Assembly (NCBI GenBank): GCA_011364925.1
Contig: RDOA01000022.1
Coordinates: 1 to 51,504 of the forward strand
Source of the DNA: Promethearchaeota archaeon
GTDB lineage: Archaea; Asgardarchaeota; Lokiarchaeia; Sigyniarchaeales; SOKP01
Direction: 5' to 3'
Length of the DNA stretch: 51,504 nt
This document shows, one piece after another, positions 1 to 10,602 of this stretch (the stretch's first letter is position 1; each line of letters begins with the position of its first letter). The notes under the pieces were generated by a model, which saw only the letters and a list, made by a program, of their open reading frames with translations, was not told the origin of the DNA and did no database searches. A program made the translations under genes and the position numbers.

Positions 1-532
1 CCATAAAATGCTGAAAAATGCTATCCACTAGAAGTTTAACTTCAGTTTTAATATTATCGAAGGCGTTTTGGGTTTTTTTAATATTTAATTCTGTGCAGAA
101 CACATGATCCGTAGGAATGCTTAATGCATTAGCCACATTATACGCAAAGTGAGAATAACTAGTAGATCTAATGTAAATCTCCCATTGACTGCGTAGTTCT
201 GCCATTAGTTCAACAGATCCCGGTAACAAGCCGAGATTTTGTTTAGCTAATCTTATTAAATCCTCATCTGAATAAACAGAGATGTATAATGGGGCAATTA
301 ACCTCAGTGTATCACCTGGTTGGTAGTCTGGTACGTTCAGCTTTTCTTTGACGCCTGGAACATCGATTAGATAATCGTCGTAATCCGATAACATTTTATA
401 GAACTCTCCTGTGTTATATTTCTGTAATCCAAGGTTAGAATTCGTGCTCAATAATTTTCCTAACTCAGCAGCAAAATCGAGAACACTAATTGGTCCTTCT
501 AAATCCCAACAACAAATATTCTTCGCGGTCAA
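1..532 (-). CDS. HAD-like hydrolase (EhaR/COG4030-like), runs off the window edge
   Basis: Absent from the ORF track because it has no stop in the window. TTG at 532 opens MTAKNICCWDLEGPISVLDFAAELG...YDDYL...YQPGDTLRLIAP...LLPGSVELM...IRSTSYSHF, open to position 2. DxEGP motif I and STSY motif II are HAD-like. Confidence 0.75.
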   Translation of the reverse strand, partial: MTAKNICCWDLEGPISVLDFAAELGKLLSTNSNLGLQKYNTGEFYKMLSDYDDYLIDVPGVKEKLNVPDYQPGDTLRLIAPLYISVYSDEDLIRLAKQNLGLLPGSVELMAELRSQWEIYIRSTSYSHFAYNVANALSIPTDHVFCTELNIKKTQNAFDNIKTEVKLLVDSIFQHFM

Positions 533-667
533 ATATTCAAACTCTAATAGTTAATATTATAAGATATATTCAGATGAATGGTTATTGTTTATATTTAATT
601 CTAATTGTTTCTGTGTTAATTCGCCTATATTAGTAGAAAATAAGGAGGACAAACTAAACTAAAAGGG

Positions 668-1159
668 TTACATTGAAAGTTCGAATATATCTTGTATAGA
701 TTTTTCTTTTCTTTCCCTTTCAATAATGTGACGCCAATTAGGTAAAATTGTATCAAATGCTTTTTCTGTAAGGTTAACAAGCTTATCATCAGAAGAAGTT
801 AAAAAATAACTCAGAGCCTTTAACGCTCTTTTATCCTTTATCCTTGTTAGGCTTTCAATAATAAATATAATTCTTAACTTGTCGGCTTCCGTTTCTGGTT
901 TATTAATCTCTACTTCTAATTTTTCTAAAATCATAAGAGTCGCTCGCCCATCTTCAATTTTCCCTAATGCTTCTATTATTCGATTTATTACGATAGGATC
1001 CCTCTCACTTTTTAAAGCGCGACATAATAAGTTGACAGCTCGACCATCTTGGAGAAATCCAAGTTGTCTAGCTGCTTCAGCTCGTTTTTCTGATTCCTTC
1101 GCGTGGAAGACTTGTTTTATTAGGTTGTTAAATTGTTCGTTTTTCGCGTGCCAACTCAT
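668..1159 (-). CDS. HEAT/PBS-lyase-like repeat protein
   Basis: Repeated units RAEAARQLGFLQDGRAV / IIEALGKIEDGRAT / IIESLTRIKDKRAL. Confidence 0.85.
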   Translation of the reverse strand: MSWHAKNEQFNNLIKQVFHAKESEKRAEAARQLGFLQDGRAVNLLCRALKSERDPIVINRIIEALGKIEDGRATLMILEKLEVEINKPETEADKLRIIFIIESLTRIKDKRALKALSYFLTSSDDKLVNLTEKAFDTILPNWRHIIERERKEKSIQDIFELSM

Positions 1160-1257
1160 AATCTAAATAGATTCAAAATCCAAATTATTATAATTTGTTC
1201 TTTATAAATTATAATTTTTTAAGTAATTAACAAAAATCTATGAATTGAAGTCTACCC

Positions 1258-2580
1258 CTATTGTAGAAGTGAATCCATGTGATTAATTCTTTTTTGAAGT
1301 AATCGTTTAGTTCCAATATCTTTTCTATAAAACAATCTACCACTAATGCATTGAACTCCTTGTTCAGCTACTTTTTCTGCACTTTCCAAGTCGTTAGCTA
1401 TCCCAATGATGCCCATAGCTCTTGAAGTTGTTGTATAAATACTATCACCCTCTCTATAAACAGACGCATAGTAGTATTTTGCTCCAATTTGCTCTAGTTT
1501 TTCCTTATCTATGATTACTAATTCATCCTTTTTTGGAGAAATAGGGTACCCTTCAGGAGCCAAATATTTACACACTGTAGCTTTGTTTTCAAATTCAATA
1601 TTTGGTTTTAGATTTCCATTAATAATACCAGTGCAAATATCTAAGAAATTTGTTTTTAAGAGAGGTAATATGTTCATTGCTTCGGGGTCTCCTAATCTAG
1701 CGTTAAATTCAATTAGCTTAATGCCTTTTGCGGTTTTGATGTAGCCCCCATAAAGGAATCCTTTGTATTCTACTCCGGTTTCTGCTTTTGTTGCCGCTAC
1801 CACTTTCTTCATGTCTTCAAGCGCTTCGTTAACATCTTTTTGTGTAATATATGGCATAAGGTGGTCCTCCATTGAATAACTCCCCATACCCCCCGTATTG
1901 GGGCCTGAATCGTCTTCGTAAGCTCTCTTATGATCTTGAACAAGAGGCGTAGCGATTACTTGCTTACCATCAACGAACGTTTGGAGAGTAAACTCTTCTC
2001 CCTCAACTTTCTCCTCGAGAAGAAAAGAAGATTTTTGAGCGACTAAAGTTTGGCAATAATCCATTATGTCTTGTTTAGAAAAAAGATGATCTCCGTAGAC
2101 TTTTACTCCTTTCCCTCCTGTCAAACCATCTGGTTTAACGACTACATTTTCTAAACCTAAATCCTTGATATAACTTTCTACATCAACCATAGAATTGAAG
2201 TTTTTACTTCTGAGATTTGAGTTTATCTTATATTTATCAAGTAGAGCTCTGGTGAATATCTTAGAACCTTCTAACTGAGCGGCTTCAATTCTCGGACCTA
2301 CGCACGGAATTCCATTTCTTTCCAATGCATCGACAATTCCGATAACTAAGGGAGCTTCCGGACCAACTACTGCAAAATCTATACCGTTTTCTTTGGAAAA
2401 CCCTATAATTTCCTTAAAATCAGATTCAGAGTGAACTTTTATCCTTCTATTACTTAGATCTTCTAACCCAGCGTTTTTAGAACTCATAAATGCGTATAAT
2501 TCGGCTCCACTTCTAACTAGGGTTTCGCCTATAACATGTTCTCTCGCCCCATGACCAATTATGAGTGTTTTAACAGTCAA
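1258..2580 (-). CDS. purD: Phosphoribosylamine--glycine ligase (GAR synthetase)
   Basis: IGHGAREH, VGPEAPL, LEGSK, GLTGGKGV, QDHKRAYEDDSGPNTGGMGSYS and EFNARLGDPEA motifs. Confidence 0.97.
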   Translation of the reverse strand: MTVKTLIIGHGAREHVIGETLVRSGAELYAFMSSKNAGLEDLSNRRIKVHSESDFKEIIGFSKENGIDFAVVGPEAPLVIGIVDALERNGIPCVGPRIEAAQLEGSKIFTRALLDKYKINSNLRSKNFNSMVDVESYIKDLGLENVVVKPDGLTGGKGVKVYGDHLFSKQDIMDYCQTLVAQKSSFLLEEKVEGEEFTLQTFVDGKQVIATPLVQDHKRAYEDDSGPNTGGMGSYSMEDHLMPYITQKDVNEALEDMKKVVAATKAETGVEYKGFLYGGYIKTAKGIKLIEFNARLGDPEAMNILPLLKTNFLDICTGIINGNLKPNIEFENKATVCKYLAPEGYPISPKKDELVIIDKEKLEQIGAKYYYASVYREGDSIYTTTSRAMGIIGIANDLESAEKVAEQGVQCISGRLFYRKDIGTKRLLQKRINHMDSLLQ

Positions 2581-2698
2581 TTTTTATACTCTCTAATAAA
2601 TGAATTTCTTATGAATACTAGGATTATTTAATTGAATTTAAATTGTATTGCATCAAAATTAAAGTAATTATTAATCAAAGATTATTATTCAACCAAAA

Positions 2699-3340
2699 TT
2701 ATTCATTTAAAAAGTAGAGATATCTATTATCTATCTTTTTTCTAACTACAACATTATACTTTTTCAATATATTGAGATATTTAGCAAGAGTATCTATATG
2801 CATTTTCAATTCATAAGAGAGTTTTGATTTGGTTACACCAAGATCATCTTTTTTTAGAAATTTTATGATTTCTCTGCTTTTTTCCTTTGATATAAAGTAT
2901 TTAGAAATTATGTTATCAAATCCTTTTGTAGCGTCAAAATAAACTTCATGCTTATCTAAAACTTCTTTATGAATAAAATCAAATTTTAATAGCATGTTTA
3001 GGTGCCACACAACTACATGGTTGCTATAGTTTAATTCGTTAACGATTCTGTTGAAATATGTTCCAGGATTATCAACAATGTACTCGTAAATTTTTTTACG
3101 CTTCTGATTCTCTAAAACATCGCTCTTAGCAAGTTTCGATCCTTCAACTAAGAATTTTTTTTTTGTTAATGATTTTAAAATTGCTTCAATACCTTCTCTA
3201 TTAAAATTTAATGAATCTAATCTCGCTCTATAAATAATGTAAGGAATTATTTCTTCAAAAGTAAATTGTCGGTTTTTATCCAAATAATCATGAACGATCT
3301 CCAGTATTGTTTTTTCTTGTTCTGCTAGCTTTAATATCAT
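2699..3340 (-). CDS. Multi-winged-helix (ArsR-like) transcriptional regulator
   Basis: RKKIYEYIVDNPGTYFNRIVNELN...VVWHLNMLLK plus a second wHTH (KSKLSYELKMHIDTLAKYLNILKK). ATG at 3340 lies 1 nt after the upstream stop. Confidence 0.85.
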   Translation of the reverse strand: MILKLAEQEKTILEIVHDYLDKNRQFTFEEIIPYIIYRARLDSLNFNREGIEAILKSLTKKKFLVEGSKLAKSDVLENQKRKKIYEYIVDNPGTYFNRIVNELNYSNHVVVWHLNMLLKFDFIHKEVLDKHEVYFDATKGFDNIISKYFISKEKSREIIKFLKKDDLGVTKSKLSYELKMHIDTLAKYLNILKKYNVVVRKKIDNRYLYFLNE

Positions 3341-3341
3341 T

Positions 3342-4724
3342 TTATCTGTAAAGCCTCGTAGAATCATCAAGTCGATCTTTTTTTTGTTGCTCAGATTTAT
3401 TTATCATTTCGTTGAAAACTGCCTTTCTTTCTTCTGGAGTTAAAGAGATCATTTCCCGGACAAAGTCCACTAAATCATCCTCTTCCCACTCAAACATATT
3501 AATAATTTTAAAAAAATCTTCAGATAGTGCGGTCAACTCCATTTTTTTAATGTTAGAATCTGTATCAGATGATAAGCTTTTTAACTGGTTTAATATTTTT
3601 TTATTACTTAATAATGATTCCACCTTTTTAGTACTAAATTTCACGCTATTATGTCCAATACCCTTTTGTATATTTAATTTAGAATAATGGTCTTGAAAAA
3701 TCCGTTCTCTATAGTGATATACCGCATATCCGATACTAATACTTGTAGAACTTAGAAGGGCGATAAAGATTATTAGGAACCAAGGTTCGTTAACTACGGT
3801 ATCAAATTTATAAATACCCTCGATCCCAACCTTAGGATCATGATAAATATGTATTCCTTGAGAATAAATTAAGTATATTCTTTGTTCATCCTCTTCATAG
3901 TCATCAACACCGATATTGCTACTTGCAATTTCTTTAGAAATGCCATCAATAGAAGCATTGTTTTTCCATTTAAAAATTCCTGTAAATTTATTTATTTCAG
4001 TACTAACTCCTTGTTCGTTTTCAGAATACTTTCTCACTTCGTCTTCAGTTTCATTTTCTTCTCTATAATTATTTTCAGATTCTAAGGATGTATATAAAGC
4101 TAGCTGGGAGCTACTATTAAGAAAAGGAAAATTTGAAAGCTCAATCTCAATTTTTGATTGAACGGGTGTAATTAAAGTGTCATTAATTAAAAAGAATTCT
4201 TCAGAGAAGTAAATATGGGCGGTGAAAATGCCATTTGTAGTATTTACTATAAAGTAATGAAGCTTAGTATCTGATGTAATGCTTATCTGAGAATATTTAA
4301 CCGGTTGAAAATTGTCAAGGTTAAACTCCTGAATAGTATCGTCAATACTCGGATCGTAAAGCTGATTCCCATTGATATCAACAAACTCTATAAGCTTTCG
4401 AAAAATTATTCCAAATTCTAATTCAAAATTGGTTAAATTTTCAGACGTTTTCTGGGATTCGTAACTAACTTCTATTCTCAATCCATCGCTATCGTTGGTT
4501 ATTTCAAGTTGGATCTCATCAATAGTCTCTCCACTACGAAGTGTGGATTCAACTTTAATTTTATCGGCTTCTATATCGATATTGATATTTCTTTTATTGA
4601 GTTCTTCAAATTTGTCATCAATCCCATCGTTATCATTATCAGAAGCAAAAATTAATTTAGAGTTTAAACTCGTGAATAGTATTCCCATAAGAATCGTTAA
4701 AAAAATTAGTTTCTTTCTATCCAA
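3342..4724 (-). CDS. Secreted single-pass membrane protein with cytoplasmic C-terminal domain; paralog of 4874..5902
   Basis: Signal peptide, DNDNDGIDD acidic loop, many N-X-S/T sequons, HIYHDP motif before a TM helix (WFLIIFIALLSSTSISIGYAVY), cytoplasmic tail of about 120 aa. Confidence 0.8.
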   Translation of the reverse strand: MDRKKLIFLTILMGILFTSLNSKLIFASDNDNDGIDDKFEELNKRNINIDIEADKIKVESTLRSGETIDEIQLEITNDSDGLRIEVSYESQKTSENLTNFELEFGIIFRKLIEFVDINGNQLYDPSIDDTIQEFNLDNFQPVKYSQISITSDTKLHYFIVNTTNGIFTAHIYFSEEFFLINDTLITPVQSKIEIELSNFPFLNSSSQLALYTSLESENNYREENETEDEVRKYSENEQGVSTEINKFTGIFKWKNNASIDGISKEIASSNIGVDDYEEDEQRIYLIYSQGIHIYHDPKVGIEGIYKFDTVVNEPWFLIIFIALLSSTSISIGYAVYHYRERIFQDHYSKLNIQKGIGHNSVKFSTKKVESLLSNKKILNQLKSLSSDTDSNIKKMELTALSEDFFKIINMFEWEEDDLVDFVREMISLTPEERKAVFNEMINKSEQQKKDRLDDSTRLYR

Positions 4725-4873
4725 TTTTAGTTCCCTTCTAAATTTTCACTCGAGATATTAATTATTTTTGATAAATTTCTTAAATCGGCAACTTTAAGAT
4801 TATTCTTTAGACTTGATTAAAAACCTTTGGCTTTATAAAATAAAAAAAAAATATAATATTTTGTTTTAGATCT

Positions 4874-5902
4874 TTATTCTTTTCTTGTTCGTCTTCTTAG
4901 TACAACAACTAGAATTACTCCAACAATTCCAACACTAGATACAATTGATATAATAATTATAATTGGTATGTTTGATGGGGAATCAGGAATCGACATAATA
5001 CCCATTACAGGATCATGATATATGTGATTTCCGCGAGCATAGTTCAAATACATTTTCTGCTCGTTTATGTCATCATCATCAACTTTCAGCGGACTTGCTA
5101 AGACTTTCTTAGAAATTCCATCAATTGTTGCGTTTTCTGCCCAAGCAAAGAATCCTGCAAAATCGACATTGGACGTAACAACGCTTTTTTCATGGCTGGA
5201 GTGTCCATCTTCTTCGTTTTCAGTATGTTCGTTTAGTTGGTACTCTGTTCCTGATTCCAGTTTGGTATATAGCGCAAGTTGGGAAGAGCCATGGATATAG
5301 TTGAAGTTAGAGATTTCAATGTCTATCTTCGTCTGCGTTGGTTTGACGAAAGTTCCATTAATAATATCAAATTCTTCTGCTAAGTAAATATGTGCTCTAA
5401 AAACACCATCTGTAGTATTTACAATAAAATAATGCAATACAGTATCCCCAGAAATACTTGACATAGAGTAGACAACAGGATGGAAGCTGTTTATTAAATA
5501 TTCTTGAATTGTGTTATCAATTGAAGGATTATAAATACCATTACCATCCATATCAACGAACTCGATCAATTTCCGAAAAGTAACGCTGAATTCAACTTCT
5601 AGTTCAGTATCATTTCCGGTCGAAATATCTTTTTCATAACCGATTTCTATGCTCACTCCTTCACTTTCATACCCTATCTTCAATTTAATTTCGTCTTTTC
5701 GAGCTCCATTCCTTAAAGTTGACTCAATTTGGAATTCACCCGAACCAATTTGAACTTGAACATCTCTCTTCTGTTGTTCCTCGATATCATCATCGACTCC
5801 ATCGCCATCATTGTCAGCTGCCAGTACTAAACTCGATGAACTATTTAGAATTAAAACACCTAAAAGTAAAATCCCAAATAAGCTGTATTTATTTAATTTC
5901 AT
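4874..5902 (-). CDS. Secreted, C-terminally membrane-anchored surface protein; paralog of 3342..4724
   Basis: Signal peptide, DNDGDGVDD, FRKLIEFVD, HIYHDP, C-terminal TM helix followed by RRRTRKE. Confidence 0.82.
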   Translation of the reverse strand: MKLNKYSLFGILLLGVLILNSSSSLVLAADNDGDGVDDDIEEQQKRDVQVQIGSGEFQIESTLRNGARKDEIKLKIGYESEGVSIEIGYEKDISTGNDTELEVEFSVTFRKLIEFVDMDGNGIYNPSIDNTIQEYLINSFHPVVYSMSSISGDTVLHYFIVNTTDGVFRAHIYLAEEFDIINGTFVKPTQTKIDIEISNFNYIHGSSQLALYTKLESGTEYQLNEHTENEEDGHSSHEKSVVTSNVDFAGFFAWAENATIDGISKKVLASPLKVDDDDINEQKMYLNYARGNHIYHDPVMGIMSIPDSPSNIPIIIIISIVSSVGIVGVILVVVLRRRTRKE

Positions 5903-6293
5903 TACAATTTTCTCCTAATTTTCTGATTTGTTTTTAGAAATTTTTATCAATATAAAATAAATCCTCAATTTCATTATATAAACCAAAATGGTAAAACTTT
6001 GAACTAAGAGGTTATCAAAAAGGTTTTTCCGACTAATTGTTAATCGATTTCAGCAATCATTCGAAATGTAGCAGTCTGATATACAATATTCTAAATCAAG
6101 TTAGTTTTAAATTTCGTTTGTTTTAAAATTTGATTTGGAACTACCTAACTATGAAAAATTCCTTAGGAGTTTCATAATCTAGCATCAAAATCCGAAGTTA
6201 ATAATACAAGTTAATAATTTATGTTAAATTTAATTAAAAGTGACTATCAGAAATTACATTAACTAAAATACAGATAGCTGATAACTAAATATT

Positions 6294-8945
6294 ATGAAAG
6301 CTAAAGGTATATTCACTCTAACACATGAAAGATTAAGGTGTGCCGCTATGCCTTTAGGTGGTATAGGAACAGGCACTATCGCTTTGGGAGGCGATGGACT
6401 TTTAAAACAGTGGCAAATAACTAATACAGTGAATCATCGCGCTTTCGTGCCCAATAGCTTTTTTGCTGTAAGAACTACAGTTCTAAATAGCTCAAACGAT
6501 AATCCAATCACTCGAGCGCTCATATGCACTAAACCTCATGAAGGAAAAGATTTCATTCCCGCCAAATCTGTAAGTGATCATAGAATCACTAGCAACATGA
6601 GAGAGTTCTTTGAGAAATTACCCCAAGTTGAGAATATTATATTTGATGGTGAATATCCCATCTCTTTTTTAAAATTCGAAGACCCTAAACTCCCCATAGA
6701 GATAAATTTGACAGCGTTTAATCCTTTTATACCGTTAGATCCAAAAAGTTCTGGTTTACCGATAATAATCTTTCGATTTGCTATTAAAAATGTATCAAGA
6801 GAGCCAATTGAAACGATATTGTTGGGAAATTTAATGAATTTCTTAGGATGGGATGGAATAAAAACAATTAGAGGAGAAATGGATCCTCTTTTTGGAGGAA
6901 ATCAGAATATCCATCGAAAAGTCGACCATTGGAATGCCTTAAGTATGAAATCTAATACGCTTCTTAAAACGGATAAAAGGTATGGAAGTTTAACGCTCGC
7001 TATTGATCATGAAGATGTCATGGTGGCCCCTCAATGGAATAATTTAGATGATTTTTGGGCACAATTTACGGAGAAGGGTGCATTCCTAAGCAATAATTCA
7101 GAAGAGGGAAGCGAACTTGGAAAAACGTGGACTGGCAGTTTAGCAGTAAAGAAAAGGTTAGATTCCAACGAAGAAGTGGTTATCAATTTCTTTATAGCGT
7201 GGAATTTTCCGAATCGGCATGTAGATTGGCACATTAACTATTCGTTAATTGAGGACACTAAATCTGAATACTGGATAGGGAACCGATATAACGAATGGTT
7301 TAAAAATTCTTTAGATGTTGTTAGATATGTTAAAAATAATTTACAATTACTTACTGAGTACACATCTAAGTTTCACGATGTGTTTTATTCCAGTACCTTA
7401 CCACCTGAAGTTTTAACATCAGTTTCAGCTACTTTTTCGACTATTAGAACTCCTACTTGTTTTTGGATAAGGAATGGATCATTCCACGGATTCGAAGGGT
7501 GTGAAGGCGCATCAACAGGAGGAAGTTCAGGGGGTTGTTGTCCATTAAACTGTGCTCACGTTTGGAATTACGAATTTAGCTTGGCTCATTTATTTCCTAC
7601 GCTAGAAAGAACCATGAGAGAGACAGAGTTCAAAATTCAACATAATTTAGGGTATTTACCGCATAGAACGGTTCTTCCACTATACCTCCCTCAATTTGGT
7701 GAAATACCTGATAGGGGCGATGTTCCTCCTGCTATTGATGGAATGTTTGGTATGATTCTTAAGATTTATCGCGATTATTTGATCACTAGAGATCTAGACT
7801 TTTTAAAGGGAGCTTGGAATCATATTCAAAAACTTATGGAATTTATTTTTAAAGAATACTATGACAATTCCAAAGGAACTATAACTCGCTCTCAACCGAA
7901 CACTTACGATTGTTCTATATATGGCTTAAACACATTTATCGGATCACTTAACCTTGCTGCATTGATTGCTTGTGAAAAAATTGCTTCAAAACTAAATTTT
8001 CTTGATTGGGCAAAAAAGTATAAAGAATTGTATACCACGAGTCGAGAAATCTTAGATAAAGTGTGCTGGAACGGCGAGTTTTACATCCAAAAATATGAAG
8101 AAAACGAGGTAAAAGATTATCAGTATGGTATTGGATGTTTTTCAGATCAATTAGTTGGTCAATGGTGGGCTTTTTATTTAGGTTTTGGATTCATCCTCCC
8201 TTCAGATCATGTTAAGAAAGCAATAGATGCAATAATAAAATACAATTTTAGGAAGTCTCTAAAAGGTTTTAAGCAAACACCTCGAGTTTTTGCTTCTCCG
8301 TCAGAATCTGGTCTATTGACTTGTTCGTGGCCAAATGGAGGAAGACCTAATACTCCAACATATTACACAGATGAAGTATGGACGGGTCTGGAATATGAAG
8401 TAGCAGCGTTAAATATCTATACCGGAAATATTCATGTGGGTTTGAAAGTAATAGAAGCTATTAGAAAAAGATACGACGGTTCTCACAGAAATCCATGGAA
8501 CGAAATAGAGTGTGGAGATCACTATGTTAGACCCATGTCATCGTGGACCTTATTCCATGCTCTTACTGGAATCCTATATTCCAAAGAGTTTTATCAGTTT
8601 TCTATTGCCCCCAAAATTAATGCAAGTGATTTCAAGTCATTCTATATTACAAATTCCGCCTGGGGGGTAGTAAAGCTACAGGTATCGGAGGAGAAAATAA
8701 TATTTTTATTAAGAATTTCCTTTGGAGAGCTAATGTTAAAATCAATACACCTTGAACTTCTAGAAAACATTGCAAATCGTAAAATCCAAAGTTGTGAGAT
8801 AATAAATTCAAAAGATGAACTTAGTATTAGCACGAAAACTGATAAGAAGAACTTTATCATCGATATTTTATTACCTAAAACAGTACTCCTGAAAGAAAGT
8901 CAACATTTTCAGGTTGATATAAAGATCACAATGGAAAAAAAATAG
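6294..8945 (+). CDS. GH116 family glycoside hydrolase (GBA2 / non-lysosomal glucosylceramidase-like)
   Basis: MPLGGIGTGTI N-terminus, SSGLP, GFEGC, NCAHVWNY, QPNTYD, WNGEFY, DQLVGQW, DEVWTG and ECGDHYVRPMSSW motifs. Confidence 0.92.
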   Translation: MKAKGIFTLTHERLRCAAMPLGGIGTGTIALGGDGLLKQWQITNTVNHRAFVPNSFFAVRTTVLNSSNDNPITRALICTKPHEGKDFIPAKSVSDHRITSNMREFFEKLPQVENIIFDGEYPISFLKFEDPKLPIEINLTAFNPFIPLDPKSSGLPIIIFRFAIKNVSREPIETILLGNLMNFLGWDGIKTIRGEMDPLFGGNQNIHRKVDHWNALSMKSNTLLKTDKRYGSLTLAIDHEDVMVAPQWNNLDDFWAQFTEKGAFLSNNSEEGSELGKTWTGSLAVKKRLDSNEEVVINFFIAWNFPNRHVDWHINYSLIEDTKSEYWIGNRYNEWFKNSLDVVRYVKNNLQLLTEYTSKFHDVFYSSTLPPEVLTSVSATFSTIRTPTCFWIRNGSFHGFEGCEGASTGGSSGGCCPLNCAHVWNYEFSLAHLFPTLERTMRETEFKIQHNLGYLPHRTVLPLYLPQFGEIPDRGDVPPAIDGMFGMILKIYRDYLITRDLDFLKGAWNHIQKLMEFIFKEYYDNSKGTITRSQPNTYDCSIYGLNTFIGSLNLAALIACEKIASKLNFLDWAKKYKELYTTSREILDKVCWNGEFYIQKYEENEVKDYQYGIGCFSDQLVGQWWAFYLGFGFILPSDHVKKAIDAIIKYNFRKSLKGFKQTPRVFASPSESGLLTCSWPNGGRPNTPTYYTDEVWTGLEYEVAALNIYTGNIHVGLKVIEAIRKRYDGSHRNPWNEIECGDHYVRPMSSWTLFHALTGILYSKEFYQFSIAPKINASDFKSFYITNSAWGVVKLQVSEEKIIFLLRISFGELMLKSIHLELLENIANRKIQSCEIINSKDELSISTKTDKKNFIIDILLPKTVLLKESQHFQVDIKITMEKK

Positions 8946-8969
8946 TATGAGCTGACCAATAACTATGAT

Positions 8970-9494
8970 CTAATCGAGAAGTTTTTGCTTAAACACTTCA
9001 ATTGTATCTGAAATTTCGTTTAATCGTACTGAAAACTCTTTAGGTTTTAGTTTTCTTAACTTTTCAAAGTTATTAATAATTTCCTTAAATTCGTTAATCC
9101 AAATTTTCATCAAAATCTCGCTTTCTTTCCCTTCAATTCTCCTATTAAGAATATTTGTAATGGATGAATTCATTTTATCCATCAACTTTTTTTCGTTAAT
9201 CGTATACGAGATTTTAAGGACATCCTGTTGAGTTTTGAGTTGTTGCATGTCCTCTTGCATCGTAGTTTTGTGTTGTAATAGTTCATCGTTAAATTTTTTA
9301 ATCATATCCATAATAATTTCTTCTTGAGTCTTTATGGTTTGTTCAATCCGCTCCTGGCTATATAAGATATCGCGTTTGATGGAGTCTATCTCTTCTTTAA
9401 TAAATTGAATCTCTTTCTCAGTGTTATTTACTTGATCAATTAAGATTTGAAAATCTTTAAGCGTTATTTCTTCAATTTTATCTTTTTTAGGGAT
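8970..9494 (-). CDS. Coiled-coil hypothetical protein, probable ATC start (174 aa)
   Basis: The track ORF (to 9311) stays open 61 more codons to ATC at 9494 (PKKDKIEEITLKDFQILIDQVNNTEKE...). Minus strand reads AAGGTGA-TAAGAA-ATC with an in-frame TAA two codons upstream. Confidence 0.7.
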   Translation of the reverse strand: MPKKDKIEEITLKDFQILIDQVNNTEKEIQFIKEEIDSIKRDILYSQERIEQTIKTQEEIIMDMIKKFNDELLQHKTTMQEDMQQLKTQQDVLKISYTINEKKLMDKMNSSITNILNRRIEGKESEILMKIWINEFKEIINNFEKLRKLKPKEFSVRLNEISDTIEVFKQKLLD

Positions 9495-9510
9495 TTCTTA
9501 TCACCTTAGA

Positions 9511-10479
9511 TTATTCCAGCTCATTGGATTCTAATTCCAAAATTGAATCTAATTTTAATTCAAAATCTTTCTTCAGATTAGATAAATCTTCCAAGGATTT
9601 ATCAATACTATTGATTAAAGTGTCGATAGGAGCTTTTTTTAGATTTGATATCAGATCGGAAATAATTGATAGGTTGTTCTTGAAGGCTATGATTATATTT
9701 TCTTTAATCAGATTCTTATCGATATTGTTCTCTTGAATTTGTTTTAGTTTTTTAATTTCTTTAAGAAGTAATGGTTCGCTATTAGAAACCTGAACATTTT
9801 TTTTAACAATCGTTGGAATAATTTTATTGTAGAGACTATTCGGATCAATATTATCTAAATTTATAATTAATTTCTCTAAATCTTCTTTAGATTTGCCAAT
9901 AGATTCCAAGAATTTGTTAGAAATGCCAACAAATTGTTGTATTTTACTGTCCTTTTCTATTTTTTTCAGGAAATTGAATATAGCTAATGAAAATACTTCA
10001 GAAATATTATCTTGAGTCTTAGCTGAAACAAATATAATCGGGATTCCTTCAATTTGATATTTCCGTATATTATTTAGAAGTATTTCTGAGTCTTCTGGTT
10101 TTATTAAATCAGATTTATTCCCTATTAGATAAGTTATGCAATCTGGAGAATATTGGGTTAAATTTTTCATGTATGTGTGGAGCAGTTCTTGTAATGTTTC
10201 TTTTGGATTTTTTAGGTCAAAAATTAGTAAAGCGGAATCTAAATTACTAAAGAAAACGGGATTCATTGGATTAAAACTTCTTTGACCTCCAATATCCCAA
10301 ATATTTAATCTAATATGATTCGAAGGCAATTTGTATTCTTTTCTTTGGATGTTACTGCCAATCGTAGGAACATACATCACTGGGAACTCTTTACCTAAAA
10401 TAGCATTAACTATCGATGTTTTACCAACGCCCCATTGTCCCATCATTGTAAGTTTAATATTGATTTCAGAGACAATCAT
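9511..10479 (-). CDS. Rab/Ras-like small GTPase with helical C-terminal extension
   Basis: G1 GQWGVGKT, G2 YVPTIG, G3 WDIGGQ, G4 GNKSD, G5 SAK; about 150 aa extra at the C-terminus. Confidence 0.92.
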   Translation of the reverse strand: MIVSEINIKLTMMGQWGVGKTSIVNAILGKEFPVMYVPTIGSNIQRKEYKLPSNHIRLNIWDIGGQRSFNPMNPVFFSNLDSALLIFDLKNPKETLQELLHTYMKNLTQYSPDCITYLIGNKSDLIKPEDSEILLNNIRKYQIEGIPIIFVSAKTQDNISEVFSLAIFNFLKKIEKDSKIQQFVGISNKFLESIGKSKEDLEKLIINLDNIDPNSLYNKIIPTIVKKNVQVSNSEPLLLKEIKKLKQIQENNIDKNLIKENIIIAFKNNLSIISDLISNLKKAPIDTLINSIDKSLEDLSNLKKDFELKLDSILELESNELE

Positions 10480-10602
10480 AGTCCGTCATTTGAAAAAAGA
10501 TAAATTAAATTTCCAGTGTATTAATTGTTAATTAATACTTTATCTATATAAATTTGCTTTAACTCTCGTCAGAATCAGTCACAACATGCATTAATTGACT
10601 CA

